64,000 bases of DNA from a virus, in the IMG/VR virus record IMGVR_UViG_3300008448_000066, positions 4,804 through 68,803 of that record. One strand, 5' to 3'. Both the position numbers and the translations under genes were made by a program. Each line of letters opens with the position of its first letter. The stretch's first letter is position 1. The notes below the pieces were generated by a model. It saw nothing but the letters and a program-made list of their open reading frames with translations. It did not search any database and was not told the DNA's origin. Shown here piece by piece: positions 22,292 through 31,055 of this stretch.

Positions 22292-22911
22292 ATCTCAAGT
22301 ATATAAAAAAGAAAAATGAAAAGTTAATACTTGAATTAAATTATCTTTTTGTCGATCTAGAATACCACGAAGAAGTATATAAAGAAGCGCAAGAAGAATT
22401 TAAAAAGTCTTTTTATGAAGAAGCTCAGAAATTAAATCTTAATGTAAAAAAACCAGAAAACAATAATGCTACTACTGAAACTGGTATTTCTACAATTGTT
22501 CTTGAAAGCAACAATACAGTAACCGATCCAATCGAAGAAGTCGAAGAAGAAAATGATGATGATATTTTTACTTCCTTATTTAAAAAAATAGTAAAGTTGA
22601 CACACCCAGATACATACGATAAGAATGATAGTGAAAATACCAAAGAAAAAAAACTGCAAACATTCTTGAAAGCAAAGAAAGCAGTTGATACAAAAAGTTG
22701 GTATGACATACAGAAAATAGCACTTGAACTTGGAATTGAACTACCAGAACCAAGTAAAGAACAAATTAAGTGGTTAGAAAAAGAAATAACAAGAATAAGA
22801 GAAAGAATAACTTTTATAACTTCCACTTATGCTTGGGTATGGTTTCATAAAGAAGAAAACAAAGAAAGTATGATGCACGATTACTTCAAAGTGGTTAAGC
22901 TATACCAATGA
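22288..22911 (+). CDS. J-domain (DnaJ-like) protein
   Basis: LFKKIVKLTHPD...FLKAKKA matches J-domain helix II-HPD-helix III; flanked by coiled-coil/acidic segments. ATGA overlap with primase. Confidence 0.65.
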   Translation: MNLKYIKKKNEKLILELNYLFVDLEYHEEVYKEAQEEFKKSFYEEAQKLNLNVKKPENNNATTETGISTIVLESNNTVTDPIEEVEEENDDDIFTSLFKKIVKLTHPDTYDKNDSENTKEKKLQTFLKAKKAVDTKSWYDIQKIALELGIELPEPSKEQIKWLEKEITRIRERITFITSTYAWVWFHKEENKESMMHDYFKVVKLYQ

Positions 22912-23831
22912 ACAAAACACAAATCCTAAAATCTGCACTTGGCGAGTTTCGTCGGTCAAAAGACGAACTGTTGTTTCTTTGTCCTTTCTGTAAACATCAT
23001 AAACATAAGTTTAGTGTAAATACAAACACTGATAAATATAAGTGTTGGGTTTGCGATACAAAGGGTGCCAATATTCGTCGTGTATTGAAGCGGTTTGTAA
23101 ATGCTTCAATCTTGTTTGAGTGGGATAAGATTACTGGTCGTCTTAGTTTGGGTGACCTTGATGGAATGTTTGAACAACAAACAATTCAATCAGAAACTCT
23201 TGTTGATCTTCCAAAAGAGTTTGTATCTCTTGCAAACAAGAATCTTCCAAAGACCTCTCTTGCTCCATTGAAGTATCTGCAAGATCGTGGGATATCAAGA
23301 GGAGATATCTTAAAATGGAAGATTGGTTATTGTTCCAGCGGTCCTATGGAAAATCGTGTTGTAGTTCCTTCGTTTAATTTGCAAGGATATTGCAACTATT
23401 ATATTGCTCGCTCTATTACAGATGCATGGCCCAAATACCTCAACCCAGAAGCCTCTAAAGACATTTGTTTTAATGAGCTATATCTCGATTGGGATAAAGA
23501 CGTAACGCTTGTAGAGGGCGTGTTTGATGCGGTTAAATGCGATAATGCAATACCACTTCTTGGTTCAACATTAAACGAAGCTTCTCTGTTGTTTAAGAAG
23601 ATTGTGTTTAACGATCCAAAGCTGTATATCGCTCTTGATCCAGATGCGGAAAAGAAAGCAAGAAGAATGATCGATAAGCTAATCGAATATGATCTTGAAA
23701 TCTATAAAGTTGATGTATCTGGATATGCAGATGTTGGCGAAATGACAAAAGAAGAGTTTTTGAGAAGAAAAGAGTCCGCTACACTAATTAATGATGAATG
23801 GCTTTTAGAAAGCCAGCTATTGGCGGTTTGA
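22908..23831 (+). CDS. dnaG: DNA primase (zinc-binding domain + TOPRIM)
   Basis: CPFC...CWVC zinc finger, YLQDRGI, IGY, YYIARS, KYLNP, LVEGVFDA, ALDPDA and DVGE motifs. Confidence 0.9.
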   Translation: MNKTQILKSALGEFRRSKDELLFLCPFCKHHKHKFSVNTNTDKYKCWVCDTKGANIRRVLKRFVNASILFEWDKITGRLSLGDLDGMFEQQTIQSETLVDLPKEFVSLANKNLPKTSLAPLKYLQDRGISRGDILKWKIGYCSSGPMENRVVVPSFNLQGYCNYYIARSITDAWPKYLNPEASKDICFNELYLDWDKDVTLVEGVFDAVKCDNAIPLLGSTLNEASLLFKKIVFNDPKLYIALDPDAEKKARRMIDKLIEYDLEIYKVDVSGYADVGEMTKEEFLRRKESATLINDEWLLESQLLAV

Positions 23832-23834
23832 TGA

Positions 23835-25049
23835 ATGAAACTAAAGATTTTATTAAAAGAAACTGGCGTTTATAGACCAAGCGTTCCACAAAACTTAAAA
23901 GAATCAGATCTACAAAAAGTTCAAGATTATTACAAGTTAAAAGTAATAGCCCCAATAAGCGTTGAGCTAACTGCTTTTTCTGATGTTTATTTAGTTGAAC
24001 CAGCAGATGTTTCAAACTACCCACAAAAAGAGTTGGTATTAAAACTTTCTACAGATTCAAATGAATACAGAGCATATAGTGGTATTAAAAATATAAAATC
24101 TAAAATGGTTGCTTCTGGTAACCCAGAACACGTAAAAGCCTCTTTGTATTTGCCAAATATCTATACAGCAGAAACATTATCAGCAGAAATTGCTAATGTT
24201 TATGAATCTATTATAATAATGGAAAAACTTCTTCCATTTACTGGTATATTAAAGCAAAAGCAGTTAACAACAACTCTAACAGGCAACCCAGCAAGATCTA
24301 CTAAAACTTTGTTATATATGCTTGGTGATGAAGCGTTTATCGATAGAACAATGAAATATTTGTTTAAAGTTATGGAACAAAGTCCAGACATAGAACTTGG
24401 CTATAGAACTTTAAGCCCAAGTGCTTTCTTGATCAATAAGATTGTTGGCGACATTGTTAGTGGAAAACAGATAGCTATTGACACCAAGAATCAAAACATC
24501 AATATAGCAACAAACAGTCTTAGAAGTATGATAAGAAAGAAAGTAGCACCCGGTCTTATGGCAAAAGTAGACAATCCTGCTCCTGCTTCTTACTATATGG
24601 ATAAAGAAAAAAGAACTCCAGAACAGCAAAAAGAAGTAGAAAAATATCTTGCATCATCTGACAAAAATGACAGAATATTCCTTGAAGAAATGAAACAAGT
24701 TCAAAAAGAAATGTATAGAATAGGTGATATATTTATTTACTATGCTGATAGATATGGCGATTTAAATAACGTAGAGTTGATGTTTGATACCTTTTTAGAT
24801 ATACTAAAAAAGTCAACACCAGTTGCTCCTGTATCTGCTGTAAATCCATACCCACAAAATCCAGAAACAAGACCAGAAGAAGTCGTTCCCGGTGCAGAAT
24901 CTTTTGCTAAAGCATTACAAGTATTAGAAGATTATGGTATGAAAAGATCAGATTTGCACGGCAAAAACTATATGATGCGTGAAAATGGTCAAATAGTCAT
25001 ATCAGATCCCGGTTTGTTTGAGTTTGTAAATACAAGAAAAGGAATATAA
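23835..25049 (+). CDS. Protein kinase-like fold protein with a large insertion
   Basis: N-lobe VYLVE...LVLKLS...EYRAY, YLPNIY, hinge IIMEKL; catalytic loop DLHGKNYM and ISDPG (DFG equivalent) at the C-terminus. Confidence 0.7.
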   Translation: MKLKILLKETGVYRPSVPQNLKESDLQKVQDYYKLKVIAPISVELTAFSDVYLVEPADVSNYPQKELVLKLSTDSNEYRAYSGIKNIKSKMVASGNPEHVKASLYLPNIYTAETLSAEIANVYESIIIMEKLLPFTGILKQKQLTTTLTGNPARSTKTLLYMLGDEAFIDRTMKYLFKVMEQSPDIELGYRTLSPSAFLINKIVGDIVSGKQIAIDTKNQNINIATNSLRSMIRKKVAPGLMAKVDNPAPASYYMDKEKRTPEQQKEVEKYLASSDKNDRIFLEEMKQVQKEMYRIGDIFIYYADRYGDLNNVELMFDTFLDILKKSTPVAPVSAVNPYPQNPETRPEEVVPGAESFAKALQVLEDYGMKRSDLHGKNYMMRENGQIVISDPGLFEFVNTRKGI

Positions 25050-25050
25050 A

Positions 25051-25290
25051 ATGGAAATAACCAAATCAAGATTAAAGCAAATAATCAAAGAAGAAATGGA
25101 AAGACTTTCTGATGATTATGAATCAATAGAAATGGGTCAAGTTTCTGATCTTGAAAGAGCTATGGAAATAGCTGGTGAGTTAGAACAATACATTCGTGTA
25201 ATGGGAGAAGCAATGCCAATGGAACTTGTTTCTGAGTTACAAAGTATTTTAGCTAATCTCATTGAGTCAGAAGGATCAGAAATCGGTTGA
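25051..25290 (+). CDS. Small acidic protein with the shared N-terminal leader (putative internal head protein)
   Basis: AAGGA SD; starts MEITKSRLKQIIKEE. Confidence 0.65.
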   Translation: MEITKSRLKQIIKEEMERLSDDYESIEMGQVSDLERAMEIAGELEQYIRVMGEAMPMELVSELQSILANLIESEGSEIG

Positions 25291-25315
25291 CAAACCTACC
25301 CCATCGTAGTATATT
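25287..25315 (+). promoter_or_regulatory. Sigma70-type promoter for the SbcD-SbcC fusion gene
   Basis: TTGACA (25287-25292), 17-bp spacer, TATATT (25310-25315); AGGGG SD and ATG at 25337. Confidence 0.75.
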
Positions 25316-25336
25316 ATAAATGCTACAGGGGTAATA

Positions 25337-28300
25337 ATGGTAAAGATTGCTCACGTTTCTGATATCCACATTAGAAACTTTAAATATCACGATGTATACG
25401 AGAATGTATTTAATCAACTCTATGATAAGCTTCGTGAACTAAAGCCAGACATTATCGTAAATACTGGAGATACTGCACACACAAAGTTGCAGCTATCTCC
25501 AGCTTATTTTGATATGACTGCAAGATTCTTTACAAATCTGGCTGATATCGCACCTCTACACATCATTATTGGCAATCACGATCTTAATCTTAAGAATCTT
25601 GCTAATATCGATGCAATCACACCAATCGTAGAAGCTCTAAATAATAAGAACATTTTCTTCCATAAGAACTCAACTGTTTTTAATGTTGAAGATATTAACT
25701 TTCACGTTCTATCTATGGTAGATCCAGATGCGTGGAATACAGATGTAGATCCTAATAAGACCAATATTGCCCTTTATCACGGCTCTGTTGCTGGTGTAAA
25801 GACGGATATGGGCTGGACTATGGATCACGGTGAGATTGAGTATGAAGTCCTAGAGAAGTTTGATTACGCTCTTCTTGGTGATATTCACAAGACCAATCAA
25901 GCACTAGACTACGAAGGCCGTTGCCGCTACGCTGGTTCTCTTGTCCAACAGAATCACGGAGAGACAAATGATAAGGGTTTCCTATTTTGGGAGATTGAGG
26001 ACAAAGAAACATTTAGTGTTAAGCACGTTCGTCTAACAAACCCAAAGCCATTTATTTCTGTAACTCTTACAGATGATGGTAAGATTCCAGATAATACAGA
26101 TATTCCAAGTGGATGCCGTCTGCGTCTTATCTCTACTACAAATCATCCAGCAGAGATTATCAAGAAAGCAGCAGATGTAGCCAAAACAATCTACAAGCCA
26201 GAAAGTATTTCATTCCTCAATAAGAGCATCAATGCTTCTGTTGGAAATAATGACAAACTCCTAATCAAAGAGAATCTGCGAGATATAAAGGTACAAGAAA
26301 CTCTTATCAACGAATACTTGAAGGATTACAGCGTATCTGATAGTGTTCTACAAGAAGTCTTTACGCTTAATCGCAAGTACAACACAGTTGTATCTGAGAC
26401 AGAAGATATTGCACGAAATATTAACTGGAAACTAAAGCATCTTGAATGGGATAATCTATTCAACTACGGAGAAGGCAACAAGATTGATTTTAATGGCCTT
26501 TCTGGTGTTGTTGGTATCTTTGGTAAGAACTATAGCGGCAAGTCAAGTATTGTAGATGCAGCACTTTACACAATCTTCAATACAACCTCAAAGAACGAGA
26601 GAAAGACAACAAATGTAATCAATCAAGCCAAGCAAAGTGGTAGAGGACAAGTTGTTCTTGAGATTGATGGTTTTGATTATACAATCACTCGTAATGCAGA
26701 AAAGTATATGAAGAAGCTAAAGGGTGAGGTAACAGAAGAAGCAAAGACAACACTTGATCTATCTTGCTTTGATACTATCTCTTGTCAACAGGAGCGTTCA
26801 CTAAACGAACTATCCCGTACAGATACTGATAAGTATATTCGTAAACTGTTTGGTACGATTGACGATTTTATGTTGACCTCTCTGTCATCACAGCTTGACG
26901 CAACTGCATTTATCCGTGAGGGTTCAACACGACGCAAAGAAATCCTAGCAAAGTTTCTTGATCTAGAAATCTTTGATGAAAAGTTCAAGCTAGCCAAGAA
27001 TGATAGTGCAGAACTAAAAGGAATGCTTAAGCGATTTGAGGGTGTTGACTATGGTAACGATATTCAACAGCTTGAAGAAAAGCTGAATGATAGTAATATC
27101 AAGTTAGCACAAGTTGAGGAAACTAAAAAGATTGTCCTTGAACAAAAAGATTATTATAAGACACTTCTAAACGAAGTACTTAACACTCTAAAGTCCCACG
27201 GAACTTCTTCTATCGATATTCAGAACATTAATGATCAATACAATATTTTACTCAGCAGATATACGGACAAGCTTACTGAGCAAACCAGTATTGATACTGA
27301 AACAATCGAGAAAGAAACAACAATCAAAAAAATTGATGCATTTATCAGCGATTTTGATGTTGATGATTTAAAGAAGAAGAAAGATCTTATTGCTGAAAAG
27401 CAAAAGAAACTTGTCAGACTTGCAAATGATCTACAGATAAACAAGCGAGATCTAAATGCACTACAAGAGAAAATTAAACTTCTAGGCGAAGTTCCTTGTG
27501 GTACTCAGTTTGCTTCTTGTAAATTTATCAAAGATGCAATCACAGCAAATGAAAAAGTTCCAAATCAACGTGAAAAGGTTGACTCACTTTCAACTGAGCA
27601 CAGCAATCTTACAGCAGAGATTGAAGCATTTGATGCAGACAATGTAACAGATCAACTTTCAAAGTATGACAAGATTGTAGCCAAGAAAGCAACACTTGAA
27701 AATGAAGTTCTCAAACTAAATCTTAAGTCAGAGACAATCAAGGGTGAACTTGAAAAGATCAAGAACACGGTTGCCAATCTTGAATCTCAGATTGAAGAGC
27801 ACAAAAAGAACGAAGAGTTGTTCAATAAGATTAGCGAACACCAAGCTACCCGTGATCAATATATTGCTCGCATTGAAGGACTTGATAAGAAAGTGGCAGA
27901 GCTTGATTCAGAAATTAAGTCTCACTACCAGACTATTGGTTCTTGCGAAGCTCGTATTGAGCAAGCAAGGAATCAGCAAGAAGAACTGAATAAGCTACGG
28001 GATCAATTTGCTGCTTACGATTACTATATGCGCTGTATGCATCCAAATGGTATCTCTTATGATATCATCAAGAAGAAGCTACCAATCATCAATGACGAGA
28101 TTGCCAAGAATCTTGCAAACATTGTAGACTTTGAAATCTTCTTTGAGGATGATGGAAACAAGTTGAATATCTTAATTAAGCATCCAAGATTCGATCCACG
28201 ACCAATCGAAATGGGTTCTGGTGCAGAAAAGTCAATAGCTTCTATGGCTATCCGTCTTGCTCTTCTTCAAGTATCTAACCTTCCAAAGAGCAACATCTTT

Positions 28301-28486
28301 ATCCTTGACGAGCCAGCAACCGCTCTTGATGCAGAGAATATGGAAGGATTTATCCGTATGATTGATATGATTAAGTCAAACTATGACATTGTTCTGCTTA
28401 TCTCGCATCTTGATGCACTCAAGGATATCGTAGATACAACTATCACCATTGATAAGGAAAATGGTTACTCTTATGTAAATGTTTGA
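25337..28486 (+). CDS. Fused Mre11/SbcD nuclease-Rad50/SbcC ATPase (T4 gp47-gp46-like recombination nuclease)
   Basis: Metallophosphoesterase motifs SDIH, TGD, GNHD, HG, LGDIH; then Walker A GKNYSGKS, coiled coil, signature GSGAEK, Walker B FILDE and ISH. Confidence 0.92.
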   Translation: MVKIAHVSDIHIRNFKYHDVYENVFNQLYDKLRELKPDIIVNTGDTAHTKLQLSPAYFDMTARFFTNLADIAPLHIIIGNHDLNLKNLANIDAITPIVEALNNKNIFFHKNSTVFNVEDINFHVLSMVDPDAWNTDVDPNKTNIALYHGSVAGVKTDMGWTMDHGEIEYEVLEKFDYALLGDIHKTNQALDYEGRCRYAGSLVQQNHGETNDKGFLFWEIEDKETFSVKHVRLTNPKPFISVTLTDDGKIPDNTDIPSGCRLRLISTTNHPAEIIKKAADVAKTIYKPESISFLNKSINASVGNNDKLLIKENLRDIKVQETLINEYLKDYSVSDSVLQEVFTLNRKYNTVVSETEDIARNINWKLKHLEWDNLFNYGEGNKIDFNGLSGVVGIFGKNYSGKSSIVDAALYTIFNTTSKNERKTTNVINQAKQSGRGQVVLEIDGFDYTITRNAEKYMKKLKGEVTEEAKTTLDLSCFDTISCQQERSLNELSRTDTDKYIRKLFGTIDDFMLTSLSSQLDATAFIREGSTRRKEILAKFLDLEIFDEKFKLAKNDSAELKGMLKRFEGVDYGNDIQQLEEKLNDSNIKLAQVEETKKIVLEQKDYYKTLLNEVLNTLKSHGTSSIDIQNINDQYNILLSRYTDKLTEQTSIDTETIEKETTIKKIDAFISDFDVDDLKKKKDLIAEKQKKLVRLANDLQINKRDLNALQEKIKLLGEVPCGTQFASCKFIKDAITANEKVPNQREKVDSLSTEHSNLTAEIEAFDADNVTDQLSKYDKIVAKKATLENEVLKLNLKSETIKGELEKIKNTVANLESQIEEHKKNEELFNKISEHQATRDQYIARIEGLDKKVAELDSEIKSHYQTIGSCEARIEQARNQQEELNKLRDQFAAYDYYMRCMHPNGISYDIIKKKLPIINDEIAKNLANIVDFEIFFEDDGNKLNILIKHPRFDPRPIEMGSGAEKSIASMAIRLALLQVSNLPKSNIFILDEPATALDAENMEGFIRMIDMIKSNYDIVLLISHLDALKDIVDTTITIDKENGYSYVNV

Positions 28487-28504
28487 TTAACCACTATTTA
28501 CTTT

Positions 28505-28867
28505 ATGCTATTCTTTATAAAAGCCAACTGGAAACTCATAGCAGCAGGAGTTTACGCGCTTATCATTCCGCTGTACTTCAATCAATCTTCTAAGTCTGCC
28601 TTTAAGGCTATGGAAGCTTCACAAGAAAGTTCAAAGAAGCAAATCCATATTTTAAAAAATGAAATGGAAGAGCAAAGAAGAGTTTATAATCAAATGTTTG
28701 ATGATTATAAAAAGAAACTTGATGAAGCACAAGCAAAATACGATGAAGAGTTGGAATCAATAAAAAAGAATCAAAAGAAACAACAAAAGAAAATGGCAGA
28801 AACATTTAAAAATGATGAAACTGCTATTGACGAAGAACTACAAAAAAGATATGGATTGACACGATGA
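28505..28867 (+). CDS. N-terminally membrane-anchored coiled-coil protein (i-spanin-like topology)
   Basis: Hydrophobic WKLIAAGVYALIIPLYF followed by a charged helical region; ATGA overlap with the next gene. Confidence 0.5.
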   Translation: MLFFIKANWKLIAAGVYALIIPLYFNQSSKSAFKAMEASQESSKKQIHILKNEMEEQRRVYNQMFDDYKKKLDEAQAKYDEELESIKKNQKKQQKKMAETFKNDETAIDEELQKRYGLTR

Positions 28868-29271
28868 TATTAACATTACTATTATTTACTAATATTGCAA
28901 ATGCACAAGATTATGCTCCAATCAAAAAAGGACAAGTTTCTCCTATTGATGGAACTGTATTAAGTCAAAATGCTTTAGCCAACATAATAACTACAAATGA
29001 CGCTATTGTTTTAGAGTGTCAAGCAAAAGCAAAACACGATCTAGAAAAACAAACAATTGAATGTGAATTAGATGTTCAAAAATTAGAGTACGATCTTGAG
29101 GCGATTAAAAGAACAAACGCCTCAATTATTGAGGCGAAAGACGAAGAGATAAATAAACTTCAAACTATAATCAAAAAGAATAATAGAAATCTTGCTCCTC
29201 TTTGGGTTGCTATTGGTTTTGCTGGCGGTATTGCTACTACCTACGGAACTTTTTACTTATTGAGTGAATAA
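28864..29271 (+). CDS. Signal-peptide, coiled-coil, C-terminal TM protein (possible spanin partner)
   Basis: MILTLLLFTNIANA/QD signal peptide; C-terminal LAPLWVAIGFAGGIATTYGTFYLL. Confidence 0.5.
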   Translation: MILTLLLFTNIANAQDYAPIKKGQVSPIDGTVLSQNALANIITTNDAIVLECQAKAKHDLEKQTIECELDVQKLEYDLEAIKRTNASIIEAKDEEINKLQTIIKKNNRNLAPLWVAIGFAGGIATTYGTFYLLSE

Positions 29272-29822
29272 TGAGTAGACACGGTAATTTACCGCATCAT
29301 TTATATGTTTACGTTGATAATAAACAATTAGGACTACCATCTGGATATACAGAAGGTATATGGCACGGAGTATATGCAAGAGAAGGACAAATACTTTTAA
29401 GCCATATATTGTTAGAAACTGGCGCACATTGGACAGGCGTTCCATTGCACGCCATACACCACAAGAGTAGCCCAGAAGCAAGAAAGCCGGGTCAAATACA
29501 GCCTTGGGGTAATATGGGAACAGATATAGATGTTACTTATTTGAAACATCTTGATGGTATTGAAGTGGAATACTTTAAAGAAAGTATAAAAGGTATTGGT
29601 ACGGGAATGGTAATAGATTGGTACGATGGATTCACTAGATATCCAGAACAACACAAACCATTACACATTATTGCAATGGAAGATGGAAACTATTACTTAT
29701 TACCAAACAATTATTTGCGTTGGTTTGATCCATCTTTTACTGTAGATAGTAAATGGCAAGAATGTAAAAATTATAAGAGAGGAAATCAAGTTTGGTTTCC
29801 AGAAAATAAAAATAATAAATAA
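29271..29822 (+). CDS. Hypothetical phage protein
   Basis: 183-aa Trp/His/Gly-rich ORF, translationally coupled by TAATG. Confidence 0.6.
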   Translation: MSRHGNLPHHLYVYVDNKQLGLPSGYTEGIWHGVYAREGQILLSHILLETGAHWTGVPLHAIHHKSSPEARKPGQIQPWGNMGTDIDVTYLKHLDGIEVEYFKESIKGIGTGMVIDWYDGFTRYPEQHKPLHIIAMEDGNYYLLPNNYLRWFDPSFTVDSKWQECKNYKRGNQVWFPENKNNK

Positions 29823-29831
29823 TGTGATATT

Positions 29832-30230
29832 ATGAAAGATCCAAATCAAGTAGTTAAAATAGAAAAAGCCATAGCAGATAAGTATGGCACAGAAACAATA
29901 TTGAATCCAAAGTCACTTTGGAATGAAGATAAAGAAAAAGAATATCAAGAACAAATAAAAGAACTTCAGCAAAAACAACTTTTTATTGAAGAGAATAGTC
30001 ATAAAGTAGAAATTGACGGTGTTTTTATTTCTAAAAAACTACTTAATAAAGACAGCAAAAGAACCTGTCCCGTTTGTTCAATTTATTCTTTTTCTTTAGA
30101 AGACGATATTTATATGAACAAATTTGAATGTTGCAAAATTTGCTATGTTAAATATATAGAAGATAGAGAAGAACGTTGGAAGTCTGGTTGGAGGCCAAGT
30201 AAAGATGCAAATAACAAAGTCAAGACTTAA
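29832..30230 (+). CDS. Hypothetical protein with a putative zinc finger
   Basis: CPVC...CCKIC followed by REERWKSGWRP. Confidence 0.6.
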   Translation: MKDPNQVVKIEKAIADKYGTETILNPKSLWNEDKEKEYQEQIKELQQKQLFIEENSHKVEIDGVFISKKLLNKDSKRTCPVCSIYSFSLEDDIYMNKFECCKICYVKYIEDREERWKSGWRPSKDANNKVKT

Positions 30231-30489
30231 AGAAATAATCAAAGAAGAAATTGAAGCTATGGGTTATGATGACTCAGTATCTGGTCAAGATCAAGAACTT
30301 GATTATGAAGGTTATATGACAAAATCACAGCTTTACAAAATTGGTCAATATGCTTTGGAACTCCACGATATGATAAACGACGGCGACAATCTTCCAGAAT
30401 GGATGCAAGCAAAAGTATCACAAATGGAAAAAGACATTGGTTCTGTTAAACACGCTTTACAATATGATAAAGAAAGAGGTACATTATAA
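30205..30489 (+). CDS. Small protein with the shared N-terminal leader (putative internal head protein)
   Basis: GGAGG SD; starts MQITKSRLKEIIKEE; contains LPEWMQAKV. Confidence 0.7.
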   Translation: MQITKSRLKEIIKEEIEAMGYDDSVSGQDQELDYEGYMTKSQLYKIGQYALELHDMINDGDNLPEWMQAKVSQMEKDIGSVKHALQYDKERGTL

Positions 30490-31049
30490 TGGCTACAACT
30501 CTTGAAATAGTTCAAGGACTACATCAAGCCGCTGCTAACGCTTACGACGGCTCACACAATAAAAGATATTCACTTGATGGCGAAGAGCGCAAAGTAGGTC
30601 TTCGCAGAGAAGTTGGCGACCCATTACTAGACTCAAGAGTTATGGATGGATTCTTTATCAAGATTAAAGGTAATATGCTTTGCGTATATTACCAAACTGA
30701 CGTTAAACTTGAACAAATGTCAGATCCAACATTTACTAAACAAGTATCTGATATAATGTCTGACATTATTAAGTTCTTGAAAAAAGAGTACAAAGCACTT
30801 ACAAAGTCTTCTATATCACTAAAAGAAAAGGGTGACGTTAAGATTGAGGGTCAACATATTTCTAGAATAAGAAATCTTGTTACTGCTTATCAAGAGTTTG
30901 AAATTACTTCGCTTAAAGACGTAGTTCCAGTTGGAGAGAAGTCTGAAGATATTACCCGTGACGTAACAAGAAAGTTTTTAGCACAAGGTCGTGAAGACGC
31001 TAAAAGACCACAAAACGATACAAGAAAGGCCGAGAAGAAAAACGATTAG
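30489..31049 (+). CDS. Hypothetical protein upstream of the terminase
   Basis: 186-aa ORF with GAGG SD and TAATG coupling. Confidence 0.6.
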   Translation: MATTLEIVQGLHQAAANAYDGSHNKRYSLDGEERKVGLRREVGDPLLDSRVMDGFFIKIKGNMLCVYYQTDVKLEQMSDPTFTKQVSDIMSDIIKFLKKEYKALTKSSISLKEKGDVKIEGQHISRIRNLVTAYQEFEITSLKDVVPVGEKSEDITRDVTRKFLAQGREDAKRPQNDTRKAEKKND

Positions 31050-31055
31050 TATGTT

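Noticed and set aside
30489-31049. Terminase small subunit assignment by position
   Set aside because: No gp16-like motif was recognised; position alone is insufficient.
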